Of a DNA stretch of 64,000 nt, positions 1 through 13,291 are shown piece after piece. Position 1 is the first letter of the stretch. Each line of letters starts with the position of its first letter. The translations under genes and the position numbers were made by a program. Source of the DNA: Octopus vulgaris (taxonomy: Eukaryota); contig OX597818.1 of the NCBI GenBank assembly GCA_951406725.2, positions 142,166,001 to 142,230,000 on the forward strand. Reading direction: 5' to 3'. The notes beneath the pieces were generated by a model. It was not told where the DNA came from and did no database searches. It saw only the letters and a program-made list of their open reading frames with translations.

Positions 1-178
1 CCTGGGGCTATAGAAGACACTTGTCCAGAGATACCACATAATGGGACAGAACTTCAGACCAAATGGCTGGGAACCAAGCTTTTCAACCTCATGATCATAC
101 TTGTGCCTAGACACGCATACACAGCCTATACATACATACATGCATATTTACATACACCATACATACAAAACCTATATA

Positions 179-1048
179 CTGGGTTGAGGAATAATTCATG
201 AGTGTTTTTTCCCAAATTCAAAAATCCACCCAGAAATAAAATACATTGACAAAATGTTTCATGTTATTCGAAAGAGAATTTTTTGCCCTACAAGATTTTG
301 ATCATTAATTTTATTGATTTTTGTGTATCTTCAGATCATTAACATGGAACATCAAATGGACAAAATTGAGCATTTTCGACACAATTTGCTTTTTGCATTT
401 AATCGACGTGTTAAGCCTGCCGAAGCTGCTCATGAGATTTGTACTGTGTATGGAAAAGGAGCAATGCCTCAAAGTACCACCAGCTGTTGGTTTTACAGGC
501 TTCAAAAATGGGAATTTTGACCTCAAGGACAGATCACACACCAGTCGACCATTTGAGTTCAATGAACCTTAACCATTGAGTGAAGGTGGTTCACCACTGT
601 TTTTTTTATCACAAGCCACCTTCTTCACCAATTTTCAGGTTGTTTAACATGGATTTTCCAGAAGACATTGATTCAATTGCACTTCATCATACTCAATTGG
701 TCAACAGGTGTGTGATCTGTCCTTGAGGTCAGAATTCTCATTTCTGAAGCATAAAACCCAATGGTGAGCCGTACTTTGAGGTACTGCTCCTTCTCCATAC
801 ACAGCACAAATGTCATGAACCACTTCAAAAATCAAATAGTGTAGAAAAAGCTTAGTTTTGTCCACTTGATATTCCATTTTAATGATCTGAAAATACACAA
901 AAATCAATAAAATTAAAAAATCAAACCACACTATCTTGTAGAGCAAAAAATTCTCTTTCGATTAACATAAAACATTTAGCCAATGCATTTTAATTCTGCA
1001 TGCATTTTTAAATTTGAAAAATCGTTCATGAATTATTCTTCAGCCCAA
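179..1048. mobile_element. Fold-back mariner derivative made of two inverted 5' halves
   Basis: TA-flanked TIRs (ctgggttgaggaataattcatga / tcatgaattattcttcagcccaa). A mariner N-terminal HTH remnant reads inward from both ends (EAAHEICTVYGKGA on +, VHDICAVYGEGAV on -). Confidence 0.88.
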
Positions 1049-1059
1049 TATATTCATGC

Positions 1060-1112
<53 letters not shown>

Positions 1113-1260
1113 ATATGTTACAAGTATTCAATAGTCAAGATAAAACTCAGAGTTTTATCTTGACTATTGAATAATTGTAACATACTATTTTATAGATAAA
1201 TTTCCTCTATTTATATAATATTGAGGTCTCTTTCTTTCTTTTGTTATCTTACCGTTTTTA

Positions 1261-1297
<37 letters not shown>

Positions 1298-1597
1298 AAT
1301 TCAGATAAACAACCAATTCAAATAAACAAATAATAAGATTAACAGACAACAAGAGGACATGCACAGGGAATGTATTAGCTTGACACTTGGTAAAAACAGA
1401 GAGCTTGATGTTTCAAGCAAAGCTCTTTGTCAGAAAGGAGAAAGGGAAAAGTCCAAAGAAGGAAAAGAAATCACCAACAACATGTATGTATGTGTGTGTG
1501 TGTGTGTGTATACACTTACATCCCCACAAAAATATAAAAAAGATGCAGCAAAGAACCACATGCTGTTAAGCATTATATATATATATATATATATATA

Positions 1598-1897
1598 TCA
1601 CCGTGACCGACCAGACTATCAGATGTTGCTACACATCGCTGGTCACAATGCGCTTTGCATTGTTCTAGCCTTCAAATGACACCACTCCGCTGGCTAAGAG
1701 AGCAGGCCAACAGAAGAAAGAGTGGGAGAAAGTGTGGTGAAAGAGTACAGCAGGGACCGCCACCAACCCCTGCCAGAGCCTCGTGGAGCTTTTAGGTGTT
1801 TTCACTCAATAAACACTCATAACGCCCGGCCTGGGAATCGAAACCGCGATCCTACGACCGCGAGTCCGCTGCCCTAACCACTGGACCATTGCACCTC

Positions 1898-1899
<2 letters not shown>
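1598..1899 (-). mobile_element. tRNA-derived SINE, family B (other copies about 8926-9226 and 38340-38621, both minus)
   Basis: Head tggaggtgcaatggtccagtggttagggcagcggactcgcggtcgtaggatcgcggtttcgattccc with A/B-box-like motifs; recurs three times in the window. Confidence 0.8.
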
Positions 1900-1979
<80 letters not shown>

Positions 1980-1986
1980 TATGTAC

Positions 1987-2019
<33 letters not shown>

Positions 2020-2176
2020 TAGATAGATATCCACATATTCACACACACACACACGTCTATATATGCAAACACATGCTCACACAAACACACACTTATATAT
2101 GCAAACACGTTCTTGTGCACACACACACACACACACACAAACACACACAGAGGAGATATGTAGACTGGATACGTAC

Positions 2177-2247
2177 TCGTTTAGTAACTCGATAGTCTTC
2201 TCGGTGCTCTGCACGTAAAACGCATTCGGGAGGTCAGCTTGGTTCAC
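2177..2247 (-). CDS. FGD: FGD-family GEF, PH1 exon (71 nt, phase 0 to 2)
   Basis: ttctag|GTG...GA|gtacgt; VNQADLPNAFYVQSTEKTIELLN. The next exon is not found in 1-2176. Confidence 0.88.
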
Positions 2248-3925
2248 CTAGAAATTACACAAATACAGTTATAAAAACAAGGACTAAAAATAAAACAACA
2301 TAGCAGCGAAATAAAACAGAAACTCTAATTTAGGACTATCTTAGTTGTGGTGGTGGTGGTGGTGGAGGGCCATGTGTAATGAAGACAGAAAGAGAGAGAG
2401 AGAGAGAGAGAAGTGATATGCTGATGGCTGCATAGAGGTGTCCTGTCTGGTAGAGCAGCAGAGAGACAAGGATAAAAGAGACAGTGTGCTGGTAGTAGTG
2501 GTGGTGGTGGTGGTGGTGGTGGTGTGTGAAATGGATTGTATGCGACTGACTACCTAGGGACAAAACGTTGTCTCCAGCGGAAGGAAGTGGACACGAGTCC
2601 AAAGAAACAGGATCAGAGTGTGTAACAGTGTGGTGTGACTGAAGCTGTTGATGATGACGAGGGTTAGTGTTCTAATCCTGACCATCTTGTTTGTTTTTCT
2701 TTTCTTTTGTTTGTTTGTTTTTGTCCTGCTAGTATAGTATATCTAGGAAAACCTCTAATCCTCCTCCTCCTTCTCATCATCATCATCATCATCTAATATG
2801 TCTTCCAATCTTTTAGGATGGTGGAATATGATACAAGGCAGATTTGGTTACAATTTCTAACAGACATAATAATTGTGTAAAAGCTCTTTGAATTCTTGAT
2901 GTCGTTGTTGCCGATTGTGATGACGGTGATGGTGTTGGTGTTGTTTAACTCCAGGTCATCCCCAGGGTTAAATATAGCTTTCATTAAAGTATCCCAGCCA
3001 TCATCAGCCTGTCTCTTCCCAACCCAAGCACACGTCATGTCCAGAACTATATTATCCAATCTTTTACATGGCAGTGCCACGTAAAAGTGTCCATACAGCA
3101 TCACATAAAAGTGCCTGTGCAGTGCCATGTAAAAGCATTTGTGTGTCACTACGTAAAAGCACCTGTGCCATGCCATGTAAAAGTACCTGCGTAGTGTTGC
3201 ATAAAGGTACCTGTGCAGTGCCACATAAAAAAACACCCAGCACCTTCTGTAAAGTGATTTCTATTAGGAAGGGCATCCAGCTGTAGAAACCATACCCAGA
3301 TCAGACCGGAGTCTGGTGCAGCCCCCCAACTTGCCAGCTCTGGTCAAACTGTCCAACCCATGCCAGCATGGACAATGGACGTTAAAGGATGATGATGATG
3401 ATGATGATGATGGCAGTGGTGGTGGTAGTCCTTTTTCTAAATGCTACATTTGCAAGATTTGGCTGGTTGAACTACTACATAAAAGCCCCTTTGTTAGTAG
3501 TAGTAATGGTATGTGATGGTGATCACTATAGGTAGGGTGCAACAGTTTTGGCTATTATGGTAACGATGTGGTTAGTGATAGATGAGAGGCGTAATAGAAC
3601 GGACTATTATAGCAGATGTGATGGTAATAAGGGTAGTGGAGCTTACAGTGAGAAGCTCAATGGTGTTATATGTGATGACTAAGGTGATAAATATAACAGT
3701 AGAAGCAGAAAATGATAGCAACGATGATGGTAAACTGAGGATGCACTAGAAGTGCAGTAGGATCACAGGCAGACTGATGGAGAAGGAAAACTCTGTATGT
3801 AATTGATGAACAGGATTAGTTAATAGTTAGAGCATCCATGAAGTGAATTAGTTGTCAGTTTGTTACATAGGTGACGTGATCGGTTGTGGAGGTGGGTATT
3901 CTAATGGCACAGAAGCCAGAATTGA

Positions 3926-4147
3926 GCCTTTAGCATTTAAACTGGCCATATTTGGTCCAAATATTCTACCTGTTTATTTTCAAACAGGCCAGATCCAGCC
4001 TCTCACACCTACCCGACAATGTCATTCTAAAACATAAAATAATCACATCATTAAAAGCTTGAAGCTAAGAGATAATGAATAAATAGTTTAAAATAACATG
4101 ATTAAATAAGCATTACATTTGGCCAGAGTAATTTGAATGCTTAAAGG
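3926..4147. mobile_element. piggyBac-like MITE family 1, degenerate copy
   Basis: Reverse-orientation homolog of the 36496 and 49668 copies; ends cctttagcat / atgcttaaagg. Confidence 0.6.
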
Positions 4148-4224
4148 TAAAGTAGGGATGGAAAAAGTTCAGGGAGTTGTTACAACTGTTGGCAACAAAG
4201 GGATTTTCTCCCCAAGGTAAGTCC

Positions 4225-4500
4225 AGGCTGTATGATGCTTTTGTGCCCAGTGTTATGCTACATGGTTGCAGAGCATGAGTATTGAATGAGAAGGATGTGT
4301 AAAAGCTAGAATGAAATGATGGAAAATTAATGCTAGGGTGTATGAAAGATGGAACACAAATAAACAAAGAGAAAAATTGGATACTGGAGGAAACAAGCGT
4401 AGTGTACAACTGAGGAGATTGTGCTGTATGAATATGTCATGCATATGGAAGATGAGGGTTAGAAAAAGAAGAATAAAGTAATCTGAGTGGAAGAAACTTG
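4225..4500 (+). mobile_element. Degenerate RTE LINE ORF2 C-terminal fragment
   Basis: Interrupted reading YDAFVPSVMLHG...REKL...VQLRRL...YVMHMEDE, similar to 52140-52420. Confidence 0.55.
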
Positions 4501-5084
4501 CAGAAACCCCAAAGAATCCCTCTCAACACATGGCTATGATGCTCCCCCACTACTTCTGCTTGTGATCAGAGATGCACATATCGTCAGCCACTAAGGGACA
4601 TGCTCAACTCGTTAAGGTCAAACAACTGACAAGCAAATCTGTGGTATTGAGCAGAATATTCATTTTCTAGTTTAACATATAAGAAGTGGTAAAAGGTGAT
4701 CTTATGAAGCTCAACTTTACCAAGGAGATGACAAGGGACTGCAATAGATGCTGTGCTGGCCTGATTCTTCATCAGTTCTGACAATGAGTGTCCCAGTTGA
4801 TTCAATCAATGGAACAACCTGCTCATGAAATTAACATGCACGTGGCTGAGTAAAATCCACAGACACATGTACTCTCAATATAGTTCTCAGTGTGACACAC
4901 TGAATGTGAAAAGGCTGGCCCAATGAACAACAAGTGTTACTCATTTTTGCCGGCTGAGTTGACTGGAGCAACATGAAATAAAGTGTCTTGCTCAAGAACA
5001 CATGCCACCAGGAATCAAAGCCAGATACCCTAGCCTCTAAGCTCTGTGCCTTCACTGAAGCTGTGCTGAAGAAACCCCCTGAAC

Positions 5085-5423
5085 CAGGCGTTCTCAACCA
5101 TTTTTTTATCTACAAGCCCCTTTGATTACTATTTTTTTCTGGTGACCCCCATAAGCATTTGATGTTTAAAAACTAGTTTTAAAATTCTTTTAAAATTCCT
5201 ATTTTGTTTGACACATTAATTTGTGTAAGTTGAACAATGTAAAATGCTAGAGAAAGAAACCTGTTTCTTGCAATATATACCAATACATACATCTAAACCA
5301 AATTTTTTCAGGGGCTCCTTAAAATACTGCTGTGGATCCCCAATTTACTATTTTGTTAGGTGGACCCCTAAAAGTTTTATATGACCCCTCAGGTGCCATA
5401 TAGACCCTGGTTGAGAACCACTG
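5085..5423. mobile_element. hAT (Charlie-like) MITE
   Basis: TIR caggcgttctcaacca / tggttgagaaccactg; 8-bp TSD ccctgaac / ccctaaac (7 of 8 match). Confidence 0.85.
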
Positions 5424-5682
5424 CCCTAAACCATGTATACATGAAAAAATGGACATACAATGATAATGATTATGCTGTGGTTTAATTCCAGCTCAATCTT
5501 AATTCACTTGACCAGTGATCAAAAGCATTCTAACCTTGACCATCCCAAGATGAGTAATAATAGTGAAAGGGCATGAGTGATTATACACACACACGTGTGT
5601 GTGTTTGTGTGTGTGTGTGTGTGTATGTTTCATTGATAAATCAAAAATTTAACTAGTAAGACAGTAAAAACATAAGACCAAC

Positions 5683-5766
5683 CTGCATCCCATCAATAGT
5701 CATACTAGCTCTTATCTTGTAGGTACCAAGGAGAGGTTCACTACACACCAACATCAAGTCATTAAA
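5683..5766 (-). CDS. FGD: FGD-family GEF, PH1 exon (84 nt, phase 0)
   Basis: ttgcag|TTT...CAG|gttggt; FNDLMLVCSEPLLGTYKIRASMTIDGMQ, completing the PH motif RYxFLFND. Confidence 0.92.
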
Positions 5767-6202
5767 CTGCAATAAGAAAACACATGAGTTATACATAATA
5801 GAATGACAACAGAACAATCAGACAAATGACTTTTAAAACTGATTCTATTAATTTAAGGGACAAACATTTCACTTTATCCTGTTGACCTTTTCTTTGCATT
5901 GAACCAATAAAGGAGAATTCAAATTTTACATGGTTGTTTGACTTACTGGTGCTGCGTAAAAGCACTCAGTACATTCTGTAAAGTGGTTGGTATTAGGAAG
6001 GGCATCCAGCAGTAGAAACCATACCAAAACAGATATGGAACCCGGGCAGCTCTTCAGTTGGCCAGCTCCTGTCAAACTGTCCAACCCATACCAGCGTGGA
6101 GAACAGATGTTAAGTGCTGACGATGATGATGTTAGGGATCTCCCAATTTGCCTCACTGTTATCATTCTCCGCAACTTCATTGTTATGATTTTCTGTAGTA
6201 CA

Positions 6203-6687
6203 GGTCAGCCTGTGATGACATGCATAAGATCTGGTCATCAAATCTAAGTAGAGACTTCAAACTTGAAATCTTCAAAGCCACAGTCGAACCAATTCTACTA
6301 TATGGCTCAGAAACCTGGACGTTATCAAAGAAGCTTGAGAGGCGGTTGGATGGAACCTACACTCGCCTCCTTATGAGAGCTCAAAATCTCTCGTGGAAGT
6401 GCCATCCAACCAAAATGCAAATATATGGGAAACTACCACCTGTGTCATCTCTTGTGAAAGGTAGGAGAGTCCAGTTTGCTGGACATTGTTGTAGAGCTGA
6501 AAAAGAGGTAATTTCTATTCTTCTCCTCTGGAAGCCATCTACTCGCAATACCAGAGGGCGCACACTCTCCTACCTTGATGTAATCTCCAGGGATACAGGC
6601 ATCCAGCAACAGGACCTCCGTAATGCCATGACGGACCGTGAAGTCTGGCGTAGCATGGTAAATTCCATTGTCTCGACCACGATGATG
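6203..6687 (+). mobile_element. 5'-truncated RTE-X-like LINE with intact ORF2 C-terminus and (GAT)n tail
   Basis: ORF 6220-6714 has FKATVEPILLYGSETWTL and RRVQFAGHC; 18-bp TSD atgattttctgtagtaca at 6185-6202 and 6688-6705. Confidence 0.92.
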
Positions 6688-7242
6688 ATGATTTTCTGTA
6701 GTACATGTATGTAGTCATGTATTTTCTCACATACAATAACAGTTTGTCTGTATAACATTATTGAAATGGTATTCCACTTTGACCTGCCTCTCTTCAACAT
6801 ACTCAGGTGTTTATTTGCATCAACTCTTTCAGCTTTTGCAGGCACCATTCCCCATGTACATGTGACATATTCATTTTCTAGTTTAACACATGGCCCTTGT
6901 ATACCTTGAGATGAACCTACTCTGTCACAAGTATTCAGGTCAGGTAAGGGCTCCAGTGTGAGGATAATTTTCTCCCTTCCTCTCACCACTCTCAGAAACC
7001 TTGTAAAGGAAAAAGGACACTGCCTTTGCCCTTTCTCCTCTGGCTAAATCAAGTATAAAAAGAGAGAGAGAGAAATAAGGCATCTAAGATAAACCTGGTC
7101 TTCATTTCAAGAGGCAAATAAGTAAAAAGAAAAAAAAAAAACCTTGATCACTTCCTCATTATCAACAAACACCCCAATTAGATTACTGCTCCTGTATGTG
7201 GGGCAGTAGTACTACTAAGCATTCCAGATTAAGTTTACTTAC

Positions 7243-7389
7243 CAAGAATATGTACCGTTCCTGTTTCTCTCCACTCCGTGCCGAGATCTTGATTACACGT
7301 CCTTCTCGAACAAGTTCTCGTGTCGGACTAATTAAGTCAACTGTCTGGCCAAGACGTTGATGAATTTCTAACAGTTTTCTGAATTTCTC
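7243..7389 (-). CDS. FGD: FGD-family GEF, DH-PH linker / PH1 exon (147 nt, phase 0)
   Basis: ctag|GAG...TTG|gtaagt; EKFRKLLEIHQRLGQTVDLISPTRELVREGRVIKISARSGEKQERYIFL. Confidence 0.95.
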
Positions 7390-7583
7390 CTAGTTTAAGT
7401 AAACGGAAAAGAGAATTAGGAATTTAACCTATTTGAAAACCAGACTGTTTAAGATGGCTATATATAAAATGATACATACATACATACATACATACACACA
7501 TAACATATACATACATATACATACATACATACATACATACATACATACATACACATATACATACATACATACAGATACATACA

Positions 7584-7615
<32 letters not shown>

Positions 7616-7824
7616 CATATACATACATATATATATATACATATAGATAAGAGAGGCACACACATACACACATTCATCTTCTGAAGATGTGATACTTAAG
7701 GTGGCTTCTACATAAATGTAACAGCTATCAGTAAGATATTATTGAAATAAAATGAAATTATTAAATTAATCGCTCTTGTTTTCTTTGTTATTAAAATATA
7801 TGATCATTATGTAAGATGAATATA

Positions 7825-8129
7825 CATCTTCTCCTTGACTTACGACCAAGTTCCATTCCGAACAGATAGGTTATAAGTCATTTAGGTTGTATATCGGATT
7901 TATATTTTTCAGTACTGTTTTCATTCAAGTGCAACTGATGCTTGAAAGTGACTAAGTGAGAGACAGTGGCAGGCAGTGGATGCTTGGGTCTGAGGAAGGC
8001 CTCTGTTGCCAGATGCTGTTATAGTTATCGTACATACAGCATTTTTTAATTTACTTTTTAAAAAAAAATTTTGTGGTCGCAAGTGCAGATGGTTGTAAGT
8101 TGCATAGATTGTAAGTTAAGGAGATGGTG
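7825..8129. mobile_element. pogo/Tigger-like MITE
   Basis: TA-flanked imperfect TIRs catcttctccttgacttacga / ttgtaagttaaggagatggtg. Confidence 0.6.
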
Positions 8130-8162
8130 TACACGGAGGATATATATATATATATATATATA

Positions 8163-8302
8163 TTAGGTTGTCCCAAAAGTTCGTAAACACTTGCGAAAAT
8201 TGAATTTTTACTCGCCAAGTACTAACAAAAACAACAAAAATTATTCCTCAAAATAAAAACCATTATTTTCCAAGTCTTTCTACGAACTTTTGGGACAACC
8301 TT
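8163..8302. mobile_element. Small mariner-type MITE in (TA)n
   Basis: Perfect 21-bp TIR aggttgtcccaaaagttcgta / tacgaacttttgggacaacct, flanked by TA runs. Confidence 0.85.
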
Positions 8303-8552
8303 ATATATATATAAGATGTATATGTTTGCATGTGTTTGTGCATATGCTACATTTAGCATAGTTTAGAAGATAATATTACTGAGTGCCAAAAGTGAATATA
8401 TACTGTACATTATTTATGTATAAAACATAGAATCACACGAAAACTGCCAGTCAACTGCCAGTCTCAATTCCAATATCTTTCAACCTCTTTGGTAGCAATT
8501 TGGAAGTTAGGTCCTAGTGGTGGTGGTGGTGGTATTATTATTATTATTATTA

Positions 8553-8586
<34 letters not shown>

Positions 8587-9252
8587 GCCAGGCAAACTGT
8601 GTATGGCATTTTATCAGTCTTTACTTTCTAAGTTCAAATTCTGGCAAGGTTAACTTTGCTTTTCATCCTTTTAGAATGGATAAAATAAGTACCAGTTGAA
8701 CACTGGGGTTGATGTAATCAGCTTACCCACTCCCCAAAATTACTGGCCTTGTGCCAAAATTTGAAAGCAGCATTTAGTCCATTTTTACATTCTGAGATTG
8801 AATTTCACTAAGGTCAATTTCTTTCTGCCTTCCATTCTTTTAGGGTAAATGAAATGTAACCAACTAGCCCCCTCCCACAAAATTTAAGACCTTGTGCCTA
8901 TAAAAGAAATTTTTTTTTTTATTTATGCACCCTTTTCAAGCCTAGCCAGGCTCTTGGGCCTGGTTTCTCGGTTTCTGTGGCATATGTGTTCCCCCCAGCT
9001 GGACGGGACACCAGTCCATCACAGCGTTACTCAAGAAACATGAAGAAAGAGTGAGAGACAGTTGGGGTGAAAGAGTACAACAGGGGTTGCCACCACCCCC
9101 TGCCGGAGCCTCGTGGAGCTTTAGATGTTTTTGCTCAATAAACACACAACGCCTGGTCTGGAAATCGAAACCGTGATCCTTCGACCACGAGTCCGTTGCC
9201 CGAACCACTGGGCCATTGCGCCTCCACAAAAAGAAAGGATTATTATTATTAT

Positions 9253-9637
9253 AACTGTCCAACAATTGGTAGTTTGAGGCAAATTTCTACTGCATCACCT
9301 GTTGCACCTCAATGTTGCTGGGGTGTGTGCAGCATTGTGTGATATTTTCTTCTGTTGGGAGTGTGCAAACCGTACTGTATTGTGTTGGTATTTCTTTTCT
9401 CTTGAAGTGTGGTGCAGTCTTTTTTTGTGTTACTGTTTGTATTGTGTGTTGAGTGCGTAATGCACTGGATATTTGGCTTGCTGGTGGAGGTTTATTTCAC
9501 TGGGTAATTGCTATATAGAGTGTGTCTTGTATTTGTGGGTTGTTTTGTTTAGGTTGTATTACTGGAGTGATAGTGTCTTGCTTAGGATGTGGGCTGTTCT
9601 TAACAGGGCTATTTTTTGGACAGTGTGTAGTGTTGAG
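9253..9637 (-). mobile_element. 3' end of an R4/Dong-like RLE LINE inserted in (TAA)n
   Basis: Encodes TVQKIALLRTAHILSKTLSLQ*, the typical terminal QK.ALLGTA.ILR motif, followed by a 3' UTR; (TAA)n on both sides. Confidence 0.75.
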
Positions 9638-9691
<54 letters not shown>

Positions 9692-9997
9692 GGGTCGTGG
9701 CTTGGACAAATCAGTTGAGCATCAAGCAAAATCCCTTTAATAATCAATCCAGTAACTTCATTATCTGAATTTTTGTCCAAATTAGGAAATGGTTCACCAA
9801 ACCAACCTAACATAATTACTGCTATTATAATATAAATAAATACTTGGATAATGAATTATTGTTACAGGATATGAACCAGTGAACTGATGTCTCTAAACCT
9901 GCTATTTGCAATCACCAATCCTGATACACTTGGCTCCACATCAAAACTTTCTCCTTTTAGATTCATTTTCATAAGAAACAACTGGAACAATACTTAC

Positions 9998-10056
9998 TAT
10001 TTTGTTCATTGCTTCATTTGAGTGACTTGCAGCTTCTGTAACTTTCTGGAGTGCTT
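9998..10056 (-). CDS. FGD: FGD-family GEF, DH C-terminal helix exon (59 nt, phase 1 to 0)
   Basis: tttacag|AA...ATA|gtaagt; (E)ALQKVTEAASHSNEAMNKI (AAxHSN motif). Confidence 0.94.
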
Positions 10057-10137
10057 CTGTAAAATATATACAAAATCCATTGAGAATTTGGGTAATGATT
10101 TAATAAAAAAAATTGGACTTTGATCATGCAGGAGTGA

Positions 10138-10535
10138 TACTCTTTTACTTGTTTCAGTCATTTGACTGTGGCCATGCTGGAGCACCGCCTTTAGTCGAGC
10201 AAATCGACCCCGGGACTTATTCTTTGTAAGCCCAGTACTTATTCTATCGGTCTCTTTTGCCGAACCGCTAAGTGACGGACGTAAACACACCAGCATCGGT
10301 TGTCAAGCAATGCTAGGGGGACAAACACAGACACACAAACATACACACACACATATATATATACATATATACGACAGGCTTCTTTCAGTTTCCGTCTACC
10401 AAATCCACTCACAAGGCATTGGTTGGCCCAGGGCTATAGCAGAAGACACTTGCCCAAGATGCCACACAGTGGGACTGAACCCGGAACCATGTGGTTGGTT
10501 AGCAAGCTACTTACCACATAGCCACTCCTGCGCCT
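10138..10535 (-). mobile_element. tRNA-derived SINE, family A (full length)
   Basis: Head aggcgcaggagtggctgtgtggtaag...gggttcagtccc, internal TA/TG microsatellite, (taaaagag)n tail; near-identical copies across the window. Confidence 0.9.
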
Positions 10536-11809
10536 GGTGTATTCAAGGATTTTAGTTAGCTTTTCCTATCCCAGTACTTACCTCAATTTGGTACTCCTTT
10601 TCTTGATCCCTATATGTTGAATTGTTAAATCACACTTTGAACACAAAACTAGTTTACAATGATAAACGTAAAATACACACACTCACACATGCACATACAT
10701 AAATATATACATACACACCTATGTGTATGGGTGAGGTCCTGTGTGAATGTGAAAACTATTATCATTTTAATGTCCACTATCCCATGGCTTTAGTGGTTAG
10801 GGTGTTAGACCCATGATTGTAAGATTGTGGTTTCAATTCCTGGACTGGGCAATTGTGATGTGTTTTTGAGCAAAACACTTCAGTTCGTGTTGCTCCTGTT
10901 TACTCAGCAGACTGGCATCCCATCCAGGGAGGAATATATACATCAGAGAAATTAGGAAACCAGCCTTATGCTCCTCATGGAGTAATGTGGACTAACCATG
11001 GCTCAAATGAAATTCATTGAACCACGTTTCTCGTGGCTGGAAGATCTTCTTGTCACCAACTCTCACCTGTTTCTAAGCCAGGTAAATTTCATCAAGTCCT
11101 TAAATTACAACAGTTCAATGGTAGAATATATTTTTACAGAGGATAGCAAATGAAAAATATTGTTTTTTGTTTATTTTATATGAACAGTCACTTTGTTTAC
11201 AATGAGAAAGTGATGTGAATACAAGGAGTTTTGTCAGTTTCCATGTCCCACATTCATTCATACAGTGCTGGCTCAGTACTATAACAGAAAAGACTTACCC
11301 AAGGTGCTGTGAGTGGGGACTGAACCTAAAACCATATGGTCGCAAAGCAATCATCTTAACCATACAGCTATGTTTGTACCTGTATGCACAAACACAGTGA
11401 ATGCCAGCACAACTTCCAGTCAGCCAGCCAGCCAACCAACCAATTCAACTCGACAGGTATTGGACAAACTAGTTACTACAATACAAGACACTTGTTCAAA
11501 GTGCAGCCAAAAAAGGTTCAAATATGGAACCATGTGGCTGCAAAGCCAAGTTCTTGGATCTGTAATAGCTAAATGAACTGAACATGTGAGAATTTAAGCA
11601 TGTAATCCATGGATACAGAACAGCACCAGTCAGGGCACATATACCATCAAACCATTTGGCAAGTTGTCTGTTATCTTTTATCAAACTCAACAAGTATAAC
11701 CTCCAGGTTTCTCTCAGTTTGACAAACTCAAAAAAAAAAAAACCAAGACCAAAAACAAAAAAAGATATTTCTGAATAACAAAATAATATAAAACCAATAT
11801 ATATTTTAC

Positions 11810-11860
11810 CTTCTGTGTCTTTTCTGTCAGGTGAATCTGCAGGAAGATGTTTTAAGTAAT
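11810..11860 (-). CDS. FGD: FGD-family GEF, DH-domain exon (51 nt, phase 1 to 1)
   Basis: tttcag|AT...GAA G|gtaaaa; (D)YLKHLPADSPDRKDTE, in phase with both neighbours. Confidence 0.93.
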
Positions 11861-13255
11861 CTGAAATATAAAGGAAATTTTATTTAGCAATTATAATATT
11901 ATACACCTTGATACAGTAACATTTTTATGGTACGTTTAATAAGTACCCAAAGTACAATCATAACTACCAAGAGCCAACATTCACTGTAGATCCCCATCAA
12001 CACCAACTAGTGAACCAACGAAGGAGCCCTCCCTGTATGGTCTCTTGACCTGCCAGAAATAGCAACAAAATCTCTCTCTCTCGAATCACATCAACTTTAA
12101 AAATGACACACAATATAGTCTTTGGTACACTATGTCTGAATAAAGGACTGATTGGTTGTGGGTAGAATGCCATTGCCATTTATAATAGGTCTGTTTAACA
12201 AGTGCTAATCTGGGGTTAAAGGGCAACAGCATCATGAAAATGAGTCAACAAGGAAACCTCTAGGTGGTTGCTCTACTTGCTAGAAATGGCAAACAAATTC
12301 CCTCAAATAAAAGTCTAACATTTTAAGAACTGAAATGATACACTGAATGATGTAGTCCTAGAGATACAAAAAATATATGATGGTCCTGGATGGAAACTAT
12401 GAACAGCCAAAGCTGGCCTAGTGTTAAACAACAACAAAAACAACATTGAAACAACATCATCATCACCACCACCATCATCAAATTCTCAATTCGGTAACCA
12501 ACGAAGGGTCTTTTACATGGTCATTCAACAGCTAGAAATAGCAATGAGATCGCTTTCAAATTGCACTTTGACAATCATAGAAAAGACAAATTAAATGATG
12601 TTCTGAGTTCCCTGTCTGAAAGAGAGGGACAGGATGGTCATAACTGGAATGCCTTTAATCATAAATCTGGGGCTAAACCACACTAATAACAACTTCTTAG
12701 GCCACCATCAATACCACCACCCTTACAAACAGGAATACTACTTTTTTAAAATTTTAAAGTTTTTTTATATACTTTTTTTAATTCCTACTAAAGATAAACT
12801 ACAACAGTAATACCATTACACTGCCCACCACCACCACCACCACCACCACTACTACTACCTCACCAACCCTGCCATCACCCTGCATACAACTACCACTTGT
12901 GCCGCCAAGACAACTGCTATCTCCATCTCTGAAACAAGACTGCCATCGACAAGCTTTTAGGCTCAACTTCATTTTCACCACTTCTTATCACTAACCTCAC
13001 CACCATCACCACCACCATCAATACCCCTATATTCTCATACCTCTGTACTTCCATCATTACTTCTTCCTCTTACTTTATTTGTTTGTTTGTTTATTTATCT
13101 GTTTATTTATTTATCCCTTGGATAAACAACAACCAACAAGCCATATACAAAATCACAAATACATTTGTCAGTGTAAAAGTTCAATGACAAATGTTTAACA
13201 CAGAAACGATATAATTCAGGCAGGGAAAATGCATACATACATATAAATACTTAAA

Positions 13256-13291
<36 letters not shown>

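Noticed and set aside
1825-1899. tRNA gene
   Set aside because: It is the tRNA-like head of a repeated SINE; the acceptor stem is incomplete and it runs on into the SINE body.
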